Source: an uncultured bacterium (GTDB lineage: Bacteria > Actinomycetota > Acidimicrobiia > Spongiisociales > UBA5794). Taken from it: a DNA stretch of 64,000 bases. The notes beneath the pieces are model-generated. The model saw nothing but the letters and a program-made list of their open reading frames with translations, made no database searches and had not been told where the DNA came from. Shown piece after piece: positions 37,958 to 47,748 of this stretch. The number at the start of each line of letters is the position of its first letter. Position 1 is the first letter of the stretch. The stretch spans positions 460,212-524,211 of the forward strand of contig CAWDDT010000011.1 of the NCBI GenBank assembly GCA_963801165.1, in the 5' to 3' direction. A program made the position numbers and the translations under genes.

Positions 37958-39739
37958 TTACTCGAGCAGGTCCCCGGCAATTGCAAACAGCTGGTCCGCA
38001 CCGGCCGACACCGCAGGGCCCGACCCTGCGGCCTGGGGCAGGATCTGACGCGCATAGAAGTCGGCAACCGCGACCTTGGCACGAAGCCACGGGTCGGCGT
38101 CATCGGCCTGCAACGCCTGCGCCGCCAGGGCCAGCCTTCCGAGGTAGTAACCGCCCGCAACCACGCCGAACTGGCGAAGGTACGGGGTGGCACCGGCGAG
38201 GGCGTCGACCGGTGGAGCATCCAGCAACCATTCGGTGGTTTTGCGCAGATCACCGATCGCCCGTTGCAAGGCCTCGCCGATCGGGCCTAGTCCGATCGTG
38301 GCGGCCAGGGCGGCGGCGGTGGACTCCATCTCTTCCAGATACCCGGCGACCACCGATCCGTCGTCCATCGGAAGCTTTCGCATCACCAGATCGATCGCCT
38401 GGATGCCGTTGGTGCCCTCGTAGATAGGTGCGATTCGGGAGTCGCGCCACAGCTGGGCAGCGCCCGTCTCCTCGATGAACCCCATCCCACCATGAATCTG
38501 GATGCCGAGCGAGGTCAGCTCGACACCGAGATCGGTGCCCCACGCCTTGGCAACCGGAGTCAGCAGCGCCATCCGCTTGGCCGCCCCGGCACGATCCATG
38601 TCGGTTGCGCCGTGCTCGGCGCGATCGCCCGCCGCCGCGGTGTCGAGGATCAACGCTCGCATCGCCTCGATGTTGGCCTTCATGGTCAACAGCATGCGGC
38701 GAATGTCGGGGTGGTCGATGATCGGCGACGACTCTCCCCTGGGAGCACCCGGAGCCCGACCCTGTCTCCTCGTCCTGGCGTAGTCGAGGGCCTGCTGGTA
38801 CGCACGCACCGACAGCCCGAGACCCTCGAGACCGACGTGCAACCGGGCGTCGTTCATCATCGTGAACATGCAATGCATGCCCTCGTTCAAATCACCGACG
38901 AGGTAGGCGACCGCGCCCCGCTGCTCCCCGTATGCCATGACACAGGTGGGGCTGGCATGGATACCGATCTTGTGCTCGACGCCGACACACTCGACGTCGT
39001 TCCTGGCCCCGAGCGACCCATCGTCGTTGACGAGATACTTGGGAACCAGGAACAGCGAGATTCCTCTTGTTCCCGCCGGAGCCTCAGGCGCCCGGGCAAG
39101 TACGAAATGGATGATGTTGTCGGTCATCTCGTGCTCGCCCCAGGTGATGAAGATCTTTGTGCCCTTCACCCGCCAGGTCCCGTCCGCTTCCGGCCAGGCC
39201 TTGGTGCGGAGGGCGCCGACGTCCGACCCGGCCTCAGGCTCGGTGAGCGCCATCGTCCCCGCCCATTCGCCCGAAACGAGCTTCTCGAGGTAGACGTCCT
39301 TCAGCTCCCGGGTGCCGTGGCTCTCGAGCGCTGTCACTGCACTCGAGGTGAGCATCGGGCACAACGAGAGTGACAGGTTTGCCGTGGTCAGCATCTCCTG
39401 GAAAGCGGTAGCCATCACTTCGGGAAACCCGTGGCCCCCGTACTCGGGGTCGCCTTTGACGGCGGACCACCCGGCCTCGACGAGCTGCCGGTACGCCGCC
39501 ACCATTGCTTCGGGGACGGTCACCGACCCGTCATGGTTGCGGGTGAGCCCCTCGGTGTCGCCGATGCGGTTGGTAGGGGCAACAACGTCGGCAACGAAGC
39601 GGCCTGCCTCGGCCAGGGCGTCGTACACATCGTCCGCCTCGACATGCTCGAACCCGGGGAGCGCGGACAGCTCCCTCAAATCGACGATGTTCTCCAACAC
39701 GAAGCGGATGTCACGAAGAGGAGGACGGTAATCACTCAT
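37958..39739 (-). CDS. Acyl-CoA dehydrogenase (long, DmdC-like subfamily)
   Basis: GTMALTEP.AGSDVG, GTKIFITWGEH, EHKIGIHASPTC, QIHGGMGFIEETG, IYEGTNGIQA.DL. Confidence 0.93.
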   Translation of the reverse strand: MSDYRPPLRDIRFVLENIVDLRELSALPGFEHVEADDVYDALAEAGRFVADVVAPTNRIGDTEGLTRNHDGSVTVPEAMVAAYRQLVEAGWSAVKGDPEYGGHGFPEVMATAFQEMLTTANLSLSLCPMLTSSAVTALESHGTRELKDVYLEKLVSGEWAGTMALTEPEAGSDVGALRTKAWPEADGTWRVKGTKIFITWGEHEMTDNIIHFVLARAPEAPAGTRGISLFLVPKYLVNDDGSLGARNDVECVGVEHKIGIHASPTCVMAYGEQRGAVAYLVGDLNEGMHCMFTMMNDARLHVGLEGLGLSVRAYQQALDYARTRRQGRAPGAPRGESSPIIDHPDIRRMLLTMKANIEAMRALILDTAAAGDRAEHGATDMDRAGAAKRMALLTPVAKAWGTDLGVELTSLGIQIHGGMGFIEETGAAQLWRDSRIAPIYEGTNGIQAIDLVMRKLPMDDGSVVAGYLEEMESTAAALAATIGLGPIGEALQRAIGDLRKTTEWLLDAPPVDALAGATPYLRQFGVVAGGYYLGRLALAAQALQADDADPWLRAKVAVADFYARQILPQAAGSGPAVSAGADQLFAIAGDLLE

Positions 39740-39779
39740 GATTCAAGGATAGGACGAGTGATTCGAGGATAGGACGAGC
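39740..39779. repeat. 20-bp tandem duplication GATTCRAGGATAGGACGAGY x2
   Basis: Two near-identical copies in the divergent intergenic region. Confidence 0.8.
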
Positions 39780-39846
39780 TGGATGGCCCACAGTGGATCC
39801 CAACCGCGCAATGGACCGCAGGACGGCCGACGGCCAAGATACAGGT

Positions 39847-40785
39847 ATGGATGTCGACATACGCAATGAGCCGCCGCCGCAACTATGGGGCGTAACCATC
39901 TCGCTCGGGGCCATCGAGGCGCTCGCCGGGAAGTGGCGCAACCGCCTGTTTCCGCTGCCCCGGTGGGACTACTCCGGTCTTCCCCGTGGCCTGGACGACC
40001 ACAACTGGTACAACCTGTGCGTGACTGCCTGCTCCGTGCTTGCGTGCATCTGGCCGCCGGCGGGTGAGGAAATGTGGACGACCCACTACGAGGGTGAGGA
40101 TCTCCAAGACGCTCCTGCGGTGTTCTCCTGCTTTGCGCGCCTGATGGAAGCGGGCCGGCTGGACCTGAAGGTCTTCTCCCGGCTCACCGCAGCCGGGTTC
40201 TTTGCCGGGCGAGGCACTCTCCAGCTCATCGATGAGAAGTGGGCACAGCTCAACTCAGTGGCCACTGCGATCGAGGAGCGGTGGGGCGGGGCAATTGCCA
40301 ATCTCGTAGCAACCGGGGAGCAGGACGCCGAGCACATCGTCGACCTCATCGCCGAGACCATACCCGGCTTTCATGACGCCCCCCGATCGCCCATCGGTAG
40401 GCTGCCGTTCTTCAAGTTGCCTCGTCTGGCGACCGCCATGATGTCGGCGGGTGGCTCCACTCCCCTTGCCGGCCTCGAGCGACTCCCCGTGTACCCCGAC
40501 TACATGTTGCCCCGTGTCTTGCGCCACAACGGGGTCATGATCTACGACGATGAGCTGGCCGCCGCAGTCGACAGCCGGACCCTCATCCCCCAGGAGTCGC
40601 TCTGGGAGCTCGGCATCCGCTGGGCAACGGTGTACGCCGGCGACCGGCTCGCCGAGGCGCTCCGGGCGCACGGTACCGACGTCTCCACTCCAGCACTCGA
40701 CTATGCGCTGTGGGAGAGCGCCGTTCTCGGCCCGGAGGCCGGGATGATGGGCGAGCATCACCGCACGCTGACGCTCGCCTACTAG
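39847..40785 (+). CDS. Queuosine salvage family hydrolase (DUF2419/Qng1-like)
   Basis: PGF.D, PFFK..RL, L...PDY.LP.VLR..G...Y...L, E..IR, LD..LW, HHRT.T..Y C-terminus. Confidence 0.72.
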   Translation: MDVDIRNEPPPQLWGVTISLGAIEALAGKWRNRLFPLPRWDYSGLPRGLDDHNWYNLCVTACSVLACIWPPAGEEMWTTHYEGEDLQDAPAVFSCFARLMEAGRLDLKVFSRLTAAGFFAGRGTLQLIDEKWAQLNSVATAIEERWGGAIANLVATGEQDAEHIVDLIAETIPGFHDAPRSPIGRLPFFKLPRLATAMMSAGGSTPLAGLERLPVYPDYMLPRVLRHNGVMIYDDELAAAVDSRTLIPQESLWELGIRWATVYAGDRLAEALRAHGTDVSTPALDYALWESAVLGPEAGMMGEHHRTLTLAY

Positions 40786-40905
40786 GCGGGCGGCCAACCA
40801 GGCGGGCGGCCAACCAGGCGGGCGGCCAACCAGGCGGGCGGCCAACCAGGCGGGCGGCCAACCAGGCGGGCGGCCAACCAGGCGGGCGGATAACCAGGCG
40901 GGCGG
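40784..40905 (+). repeat. 16-bp tandem repeat AGGCGGGCGGCCAACC, 7 copies plus a partial copy
   Basis: Six perfect units, a seventh ending in ATAACC, then a 10-nt partial unit; no spacers. Confidence 0.97.
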
Positions 40906-40909
40906 GTAG

Positions 40910-40939
40910 TGTCGAAAACCGACGAGGCCGATCGTCGTC
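40910..40939 (+). promoter_or_regulatory. ECF42-type promoter (TGTCGA ... CGTC) upstream of the YciI-sigma operon
   Basis: TGTCGA at 40910 with CGTC downstream; matches the described ECF42 -35/-10 elements. Confidence 0.6.
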
Positions 40940-40987
40940 TCGCGGAAAGGGCAGCAAGAGGCGCCCGGTACTCCTTAGGAGGGAGAC

Positions 40988-41350
40988 ATGAAGTACGCGA
41001 TGCTGATCTACACGGATCCGACCCGGGTAGTGAGCGACGAAGACGCCGCCCGGATGCACGAGGCCTACCTCAAGTTCACCGAGCGGATCACCGCACAGGG
41101 GATCAACCTCGGGGGTGAGGCGCTGGCCGGCGTCGAGACCGCGACGACTGTGCGGGTCCGGGACGGCAAGACATTGACGACGGACGGACCGTTCGCCGAG
41201 ACGAAGGAAGTCCTCGGCGGCTTCTACGTCGTCGAGGCGGCCGACCTCGATGCCGCCGTCGCGGTCGCCGCCGACATACCGGGTTCCTGGTCGGGTTCGG
41301 TCGAGGTTCGCCCGTTGTGGGACTGGAAGAACGGTGAGATCGCCGGGTGA
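40988..41350 (+). CDS. YciI/DGPF family protein
   Basis: [29 protein letters not shown]; GGAGG RBS. Confidence 0.93.
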   Translation: MKYAMLIYTDPTRVVSDEDAARMHEAYLKFTERITAQGINLGGEALAGVETATTVRVRDGKTLTTDGPFAETKEVLGGFYVVEAADLDAAVAVAADIPGSWSGSVEVRPLWDWKNGEIAG

Positions 41351-42639
41351 GGGACCATACGGCGATAGAGGGCCATACAGCGATAGAGGACCATACGGCG
41401 ATAGAGGACCATACAGCGATAGAGGACCATACAGCGATAGAGAAGGTCTTCCGGCGAGAATACGGCAGGGTAGTTGCCACCCTCATCCGTCACGTCGGCG
41501 ACTTCGCTCTCGCTGAAGATGCGGTACAGGATGCAGTCACCGAAGCGCTGACGAGGTGGCCGGAAGCCGGGGTTCCCCGCAACCCCGGCGCCTGGCTCAC
41601 CACGACTGCGAGACGTAAAGCCATCGACCGGATCCGCCGCCGGGCCAACTACGAGCAGAAGCTCGTCGAGCTCGAGCGGCGGATCCGGGCCGACGATCAG
41701 GGTCGGGGTGACATCGCGGAGACCGGCTTCGACGACGACCAGCTACGGCTCATCTTCACCTGCTGTCATCCGGCTCTCGCCGTCGAGGCGCAGGTTGCTC
41801 TGACGCTCAAGACTCTCGGCGGCTTGTCAACCGAGGAGATCGCACGCGGATTCTTGAGCCGCGAGCCGGCCATGGCACAACGGATCGTCCGCGCCAAGAG
41901 GAAGATCCGCGACGCCGGTATCCCGTACCGGATCCCCCAAGAGCACGAGAGGCCGGAGCGACTTGAAGCGGTGCTCACGGTCGTCTACTTGATCTTCAAT
42001 GAAGGCTATGCCGCGACCGCAGGCGCAGACGTCATACGGTCCACGCTGTGCGACGATGCCATCCGTCTCGGCGGCTCACTCGGCCGATTGCTCCCCGGGG
42101 AGGCGGAGATCGTCGGCCTCAACGCGTTGATGCAACTCATCCATGCTCGCCGCGCCGCACGGACCGGTGGAGTGGTCTTGCTCGCGGATCAGGACCGGTC
42201 ACTGTGGCGCCGGGACGAGATAGACGCGGCGACCGATGCCCTGGAGCGCGCCATCGCCATGGGGAGACCCGGCTCATACCAGCTCCAGGCCGCGATCGCG
42301 GCCCTGCATGCAGACGCCGATGACTTCGCAGACACGGATTGGCAGCAGATCAGGCTTCTCTACGACCGGCTTCTCGCCATACATCCGACTCCGGTGGTCG
42401 CACTCAATCGTGCCGTTGCCCTGGCGATGGCGGACGATGAAGAAGCGGGCCTCAAAGCGATCGATGAGCTCGAGGACGAGCTCAGTGACTACCCCTGGTT
42501 TCACTCCGCCCGCGCCGAACTGCTGCTCAGGCTCCAACGCTACGACAAGGCCTCCGTTGCGTTCCAGCGTGCGATCGATCTGACCAACAACCAGGGGACG
42601 CTCTCGTTTCTGTCGACACGCTTGGCAGAGCTGAGCTGA
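41347..42639 (+). CDS. ECF42-type sigma factor with C-terminal TPR extension
   Basis: [56 protein letters not shown]; downstream of the DGPF gene. Confidence 0.93.
   Translation: MRDHTAIEGHTAIEDHTAIEDHTAIEDHTAIEKVFRREYGRVVATLIRHVGDFALAEDAVQDAVTEALTRWPEAGVPRNPGAWLTTTARRKAIDRIRRRANYEQKLVELERRIRADDQGRGDIAETGFDDDQLRLIFTCCHPALAVEAQVALTLKTLGGLSTEEIARGFLSREPAMAQRIVRAKRKIRDAGIPYRIPQEHERPERLEAVLTVVYLIFNEGYAATAGADVIRSTLCDDAIRLGGSLGRLLPGEAEIVGLNALMQLIHARRAARTGGVVLLADQDRSLWRRDEIDAATDALERAIAMGRPGSYQLQAAIAALHADADDFADTDWQQIRLLYDRLLAIHPTPVVALNRAVALAMADDEEAGLKAIDELEDELSDYPWFHSARAELLLRLQRYDKASVAFQRAIDLTNNQGTLSFLSTRLAELS
41353..41442 (+). repeat. 18-bp in-frame tandem repeat x5 encoding (D/G)HTAIE
   Basis: GRCCATACRGCGATAGAG units at the sigma factor N-terminus. 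Confidence 0.95.
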
Positions 42640-42702
42640 CGTGTCGAATCAGGCCGGATTCGGCACTGGTACCGTTATCCGTTCTCTGCACACCAGGCAC
42701 GA

Positions 42703-43947
42703 ATGACTATCACAACCCAACGTCTCGGCAGCCGACACTTCACGGCGCTCATCTCGATGATGATGGCGCTCACGGCGATCGCCATCGACTTGATGCTCCC
42801 GGCTTTCGACGACATCCGGGCGTACTTCGGGCTCCCTCAGGACGCAACGCAGGTCGCCCAGATCGTCACCACGTTCTTTCTCGGCATGGCGCTGGCACAG
42901 TACGTTTACGGCCCACTGGCAGACCGGTTCGGTCGCAAGCCGGTTCTCTACGCCGGGCTTGGCATCTATGCACTCGGCGCCCTCGGCGCAATGCTCGCAC
43001 CCAGCCTCGGCTTGGTCCTGGTATGCCGGTTCATCTGGGGCGTCGGCGCGGCCGGACCACGTGTGGTGACGACCTCCATAGTGCGGGACTATTACAGCGG
43101 CGACCAGATGGCGCGAGCCATGTCATACATCATGGCGGTGTTCATCATGGTGCCTGTCGTCGCCCCGACGATCGGCGCCGGGCTCATCTCGATATTCCCG
43201 TGGCAGTCCGTATTCGCCTTTTGCCTGGTATTCGCCGCCATCGTGGGAACCTGGGCCGCGCTGGTGCTCCCCGAGACGCTTGCCCCGGCCGACCGGCGGT
43301 CGATCGATCGACAGGCCATCTGGGCAACGACTCGAGAGGTATTCACAAACAGGATCACGATCGGCTACACGATCGCTATGACCGCCACCTTCTCGGTATT
43401 CATCTCCTACCTGGCCAGCTCGGAGCTGATCTTTGGGGACTTCTATGGAAAGGCCGAGCAGTTCCCGCTCATCTTCGGTGGAATCGCCGTGGTGATGGGA
43501 ATCGCCATGCTGGCGAACGCCCAGTTGGTCGAACGTGTCGGGACACGGCGGCTCACGCACGTTATTGCGGTCGGCTATGTGGTCGCATCCGGCGTGATCA
43601 CCACGGTGACACTGGCAGCCGGAGGGCGGCTGTCGTTCTGGCCGTTCGTCGCCTGTCTTGCCGTCCTCATCGTCTTCCACGCGTTGCTGATGCCCAACCT
43701 CAACACGATCGCGATGCTCCCGATGGGCCACATCGCGGGAACGGCGTCTGCCGTCATCGGAACCGTGTCGATGTCCGGCGGAGCCCTCTTCGGCTCGATC
43801 ATCAACGGGATGTACACCGATTCGGCCCTTCCGCTGATAGTCGCGTTTCTCGCGTTCGGGGTATTGACTCTCGCTGCGGTGATCTGGGCGGAGCGCGGCC
43901 GGCTCATCGTGGCACCCGCCGCCGGCGCCACTAGCCTGGAGACGTGA
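42703..43947 (+). CDS. Bcr/CflA-family multidrug MFS transporter
   Basis: AIDLMLPA, GPLADRFGRKPVL, VRD.Y.G..MAR, LPETL. Confidence 0.92.
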   Translation: MTITTQRLGSRHFTALISMMMALTAIAIDLMLPAFDDIRAYFGLPQDATQVAQIVTTFFLGMALAQYVYGPLADRFGRKPVLYAGLGIYALGALGAMLAPSLGLVLVCRFIWGVGAAGPRVVTTSIVRDYYSGDQMARAMSYIMAVFIMVPVVAPTIGAGLISIFPWQSVFAFCLVFAAIVGTWAALVLPETLAPADRRSIDRQAIWATTREVFTNRITIGYTIAMTATFSVFISYLASSELIFGDFYGKAEQFPLIFGGIAVVMGIAMLANAQLVERVGTRRLTHVIAVGYVVASGVITTVTLAAGGRLSFWPFVACLAVLIVFHALLMPNLNTIAMLPMGHIAGTASAVIGTVSMSGGALFGSIINGMYTDSALPLIVAFLAFGVLTLAAVIWAERGRLIVAPAAGATSLET

Positions 43948-43990
43948 GACGGCGCATCGGACGCCACACCGCAGCTGAGGAGGAGCACCC

Positions 43991-44716
43991 ATGGCCACGC
44001 CGCACATCAGTGCCGAGCCCGGCGACTTCGCCGAGTCGATCCTCTTGCCGGGCGATCCCCTCCGGGCACAACACATCGCCGAGAACTTCCTGACCGGGGC
44101 GAAGCTGATCACCTCGGTGCGCAACATGCTGGGGTTCACCGGCAGCTACCAGGGTGTCCCGGTATCAGTGATGGGCACTGGTATGGGGATTCCGTCGGCG
44201 AGCATCTACGCCACGGAGTTGGTTCAGTTCTACGGGGCGAAGAACCTGATCAGGATCGGTAGCTGTGGGGCGCTCAGCCACGACGTGGCGATCCGCGACA
44301 TCGTGATCGCCCTGGGCGCCTGCACCGACTCGAATGTGAACCGTACCCGGTTCGGCGGCTACGACTTTGCCGCCACCGCCAACTACGAGCTGCTGCGGGC
44401 ATGCGTCGACGTCGCCGCCCGGTCCGATCACAAGGTTCATGTGGGCAACATCTACACCTCGGACCTCTTCTATCACCCCGACGACGCCGGACGCATGGAA
44501 TTCCTCCAGAGGATGGGTGTGCTCGCCGTCGAGATGGAGGTGGCAGGCCTGTACGGTCTTGCCGCCCAGTACGGGGCCAGGGCGCTGGCGCTGATGACGG
44601 TGAGCGACCATGTCCTGACCCAGGAGGCGACCAGTGCCGAGGAACGGCAGACGACGTTCAATGAAATGGCCCGGATCGCCCTCCACACTGTGATCGCCGT
44701 CAGCCAGAGTATCTGA
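43991..44716 (+). CDS. deoD: Purine nucleoside phosphorylase DeoD
   Basis: MATPHI, PGDPLRA, GMGIPS..IY, RIGSCG, VEME, VSDH. Confidence 0.96.
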   Translation: MATPHISAEPGDFAESILLPGDPLRAQHIAENFLTGAKLITSVRNMLGFTGSYQGVPVSVMGTGMGIPSASIYATELVQFYGAKNLIRIGSCGALSHDVAIRDIVIALGACTDSNVNRTRFGGYDFAATANYELLRACVDVAARSDHKVHVGNIYTSDLFYHPDDAGRMEFLQRMGVLAVEMEVAGLYGLAAQYGARALALMTVSDHVLTQEATSAEERQTTFNEMARIALHTVIAVSQSI

Positions 44717-44772
44717 CCGCCGAAGGCGCAACTGCTTTACAAAATGTCAAAGCGTGGCGCTAGCATTTTGGT

Positions 44773-46053
44773 ATGAGCACTGAACACAGACCAATCGAAC
44801 ACAGGCCCATCGAATGGATCGCCAACACCCGTGCTCGTGAGATCGCCACCAGTGAAGCCGTAGCCCGTGTGTTTCCTGAGGGCGTCTTCGAGCGGACGCG
44901 TCGATTCCACAGACAGATTCCCGGCTACCGGCCCAGCCCGCTGCGAACCCTCGCCCACCTCGCCAACATGCTCGACGTCGGCGGGATATGGGTGAAGGAC
45001 GAGTCGCAACGGCTCGACCTCAACTCGTTCAAGGTCCTCGGCGGCTCGTTTGCCATCTACCAGTTCATCCGCTCCCAACTCGGTCTCGACGGTGAAGACC
45101 TGACCTACGAGGAGTTGGTCGGAGAAGCCACCCGCGCCAGGATCGGCGACATCACCTTCGCAACCGCCACCGACGGCAACCATGGCCGTGGAGTCGCCTG
45201 GGGTGCCGCCAAGCTCAACTGCAAAGCGGTTATCTACGTGCACAAGGACACCTCGATCGCCCGGATCCGCGCCATCGAGGCATACGGCGCCGACGTCCGC
45301 GTCGTCGACGGCAACTACGACGATGCCGTCCACCAGGCGAGCCGCGACGCTGCCGCCAACGGTTGGCAGATCATCTCCGACACCTCGTGGCCGGGCTATA
45401 CCGATATCCCGAGCTGGGTGATGCAGGGCTACACCACCATGCTGACCGAGGCTCAGGAGCAGCTCGCCGGAACGGGGATCGTCAAGCCGACCCATGTGTT
45501 CGTCCAGGCGGGTGTTGGTGCGCTGGCCGCAGCAACCGCCGGCTTCTACAGCAGCCGATTTGGCGAGGAACGCCCGACGACAATAGTCGTCGAGCCGAGC
45601 GAGGCGCGCTGTCTCTATCACTCCGCCAAAATCGGCGACGGGAACCCTCACGATGTCGAGGGGGAACTGCAGACGATCATGGCCGGCCTCGCCTGTGGTG
45701 AGCCGAGCCCGATTGCCTGGGATGTGTTGTGGGACACCATCGACGCGTTCGTCGCCTGCCCGGATTACGTTGCGGCCAAGGGGATGCGGGTGTACGGCGT
45801 CCCGCTGGCCGGCGACCCTTTCATCGTCTCGGGCGAATCCGGGGCTGTGACCCTGGGAGCGCTCACCTTCGTAGCGGACTATGCGGAGTTCGGCGACCTG
45901 AAGGAGTACCTGGGTCTCGACCACAACTCGCAGGTGCTGCTGATCAACTCCGAAGGCAACACCGATCCCCAGTACTTCCGTCGTGTCGTGTGGGAAGGGG
46001 CGAACTCGGTTCCGGGACCGTACCGTTGGTCGCCGCGACTCGAGCAGCACTGA
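44773..46053 (+). CDS. dpaL: Diaminopropionate ammonia-lyase (PLP)
   Basis: KDES.R..LNSFKVLGG, ATDGNHGRGVAW, SDTSW.GY, QAGVG, TIMAGLACGEP, SGESGA. Confidence 0.92.
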   Translation: MSTEHRPIEHRPIEWIANTRAREIATSEAVARVFPEGVFERTRRFHRQIPGYRPSPLRTLAHLANMLDVGGIWVKDESQRLDLNSFKVLGGSFAIYQFIRSQLGLDGEDLTYEELVGEATRARIGDITFATATDGNHGRGVAWGAAKLNCKAVIYVHKDTSIARIRAIEAYGADVRVVDGNYDDAVHQASRDAAANGWQIISDTSWPGYTDIPSWVMQGYTTMLTEAQEQLAGTGIVKPTHVFVQAGVGALAAATAGFYSSRFGEERPTTIVVEPSEARCLYHSAKIGDGNPHDVEGELQTIMAGLACGEPSPIAWDVLWDTIDAFVACPDYVAAKGMRVYGVPLAGDPFIVSGESGAVTLGALTFVADYAEFGDLKEYLGLDHNSQVLLINSEGNTDPQYFRRVVWEGANSVPGPYRWSPRLEQH

Positions 46054-46129
46054 TCGTCTCCCAGCCGGATTCGGTGAGATCGGTGTCCGGGTCGATCAGT
46101 CGGATGGCAATCGGATATCGTTTGGGACA

Positions 46130-47131
46130 ATGACCGACCATCACCACCAACCCGGGCCACGGTGGTCAAAACTCGTCCACTTCTTCAGACATCATCATGA
46201 TCACGGCAGCGGGCAAACGCCGGGCGATCTGGGAGTCGAAGGAATCCGGGCGACCAAGATCTCTCTGGCCGGTCTTGGAGCGACGGCTCTGCTCCAAGCC
46301 GCCCTGGTCGCTGTCACCGGGTCGGTCGCGCTCCTCTCCGACACCATCCACAACTTCACCGATGCTCTCACGGCGGTCCCACTCTGGCTGGCGTTCTCGC
46401 TCGGTCGCAGGCCGCACAACAAGCGGTACACGTACGGCTATCACAGAGCCGAGGATCTCGCCGGCGTCGTCATCGTCATCGCCATCGGGCTCTCGGCGGG
46501 GGGCGTGGCCTGGGAGTCGATCCGTCGTCTCGCCGAGACCCGTCACATCGACCACGCCGGGTGGGTGATCGTTGCCGGGATCGTCGGTGCTATCGGCAAC
46601 GAGCTGGTCGCCCGGTACCGGCGCAGGGTCGGGCTGAGGATTGGCTCAGCCGCGCTCGTCGCCGACGCCGACCATGCCCGGGCCGATGCGCTCACCTCGC
46701 TGACGGTCGTGCTTGCCGGGGTCGGGGCGTACCTTGGCTGGATCTGGGTAGACCCGGTCGCCGGGCTCTTTGTCGCGGCGATGATCCTCCGGCTGCTGTT
46801 GCAGGCGTCACGCACGATGATGGAGCGGCTGATGGACGCCGTCGATCCAGAGATTGTGGACCGGGTCGAGCGGGTCGTGTCCGCACGAGAAGGCGTGCTC
46901 GGCGTCAACGACATTCGAGCCCGTCACCAGGGCTATCTCCTCCTGATCACGCTGTGCATCCTTGTCGACCCCGATATCACCATGGCCCAGGGTCATGCCA
47001 TCGCCCACGAGGTCGAACACGACCTGCTCCACGAGTTTCCCAACGCGGGAGAGGCTGTGATCCACGTCGATCCGCTCGGTGACGAGGATCCACACAACGT
47101 GGCCTCGCATCACACCCATCCCGAGGGGTGA
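46130..47131 (+). CDS. Cation diffusion facilitator (CDF) transporter
   Basis: His-rich N-terminus, SVALLSDTIHN..D, YGY.RAE, S.AL.AD..H...D, IHVDP. Confidence 0.93.
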   Translation: MTDHHHQPGPRWSKLVHFFRHHHDHGSGQTPGDLGVEGIRATKISLAGLGATALLQAALVAVTGSVALLSDTIHNFTDALTAVPLWLAFSLGRRPHNKRYTYGYHRAEDLAGVVIVIAIGLSAGGVAWESIRRLAETRHIDHAGWVIVAGIVGAIGNELVARYRRRVGLRIGSAALVADADHARADALTSLTVVLAGVGAYLGWIWVDPVAGLFVAAMILRLLLQASRTMMERLMDAVDPEIVDRVERVVSAREGVLGVNDIRARHQGYLLLITLCILVDPDITMAQGHAIAHEVEHDLLHEFPNAGEAVIHVDPLGDEDPHNVASHHTHPEG

Positions 47132-47241
47132 GACCGGCGTCTCCGTGACGGCTCGACACCGGGGAAACATCGGGGTCATCCCCGATTTCGTCGGCGTGAC
47201 AGCCGTTGTATCGATGGGTACAGCTTTCACAGGGAGACGCG

Positions 47242-47625
47242 ATGAAGATCGCCTTTGCGGTATTTCTTTTCATACACGGCCTCGCTCACGGTGTCGGGTT
47301 CCTCACCGTGTCCGGCCTCGTCCAGAACTCGGATCAGCCTTCCGAGCCAACGTTCCTGCTCACGGGTTTCGCCAAAGAGCATTGGGTGTTCAAGATCATG
47401 GCGGTTGTGTGGCTGATCGGGCTGGTTGGGTTCATGATCGCCGGTTTCGCCGTACTCGGCGGGACCGATTGGGCATTCACCGCGATCGTGGCTGCCACCA
47501 TCCTGTCGACGGCTCTCAGCCTGCTCTGGGTGAAGTCTGCGCCGTTCGGCATCGTCGCCAACCTGATCGTGGTGGCGGCTCTGCTCATACCCGTGGTGTC
47601 CGATCGGGTCCTACCCCCGGCCTGA
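47242..47625 (+). CDS. Small four-TM membrane protein
   Basis: Hydrophobic ORF with HGLAHG motif and GGAG RBS. Confidence 0.7.
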   Translation: MKIAFAVFLFIHGLAHGVGFLTVSGLVQNSDQPSEPTFLLTGFAKEHWVFKIMAVVWLIGLVGFMIAGFAVLGGTDWAFTAIVAATILSTALSLLWVKSAPFGIVANLIVVAALLIPVVSDRVLPPA

Positions 47626-47687
47626 CCTCGATCCAACCCGTCGGCCGGATGAGCTCCGGTAGCGGCCCGGCTGCCACCGCCCGGCGC

Positions 47688-47713
47688 CTTATCGGCGGGC
47701 GCCTGTTGCCGAC
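47688..47713 (+). promoter_or_regulatory. Sigma-28-like promoter of the hybrid kinase
   Basis: CTT-ATCGGCGGGCGCCTGTT-GCCGAC (N17), 35 bp before the GTG start. Confidence 0.62.
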
Positions 47714-47748
47714 TGTGTACTGTGTAGAGAGACAATTCGGAGCAGCAC

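Noticed and set aside
40784-40905. Possible CRISPR array
   Set aside because: The 16-bp units are contiguous with no unique spacers, and no cas genes are present; it is a VNTR.
41353-41442. Possible CRISPR or iteron array
   Set aside because: Contiguous in-frame coding repeat with no spacers and no rep gene nearby.
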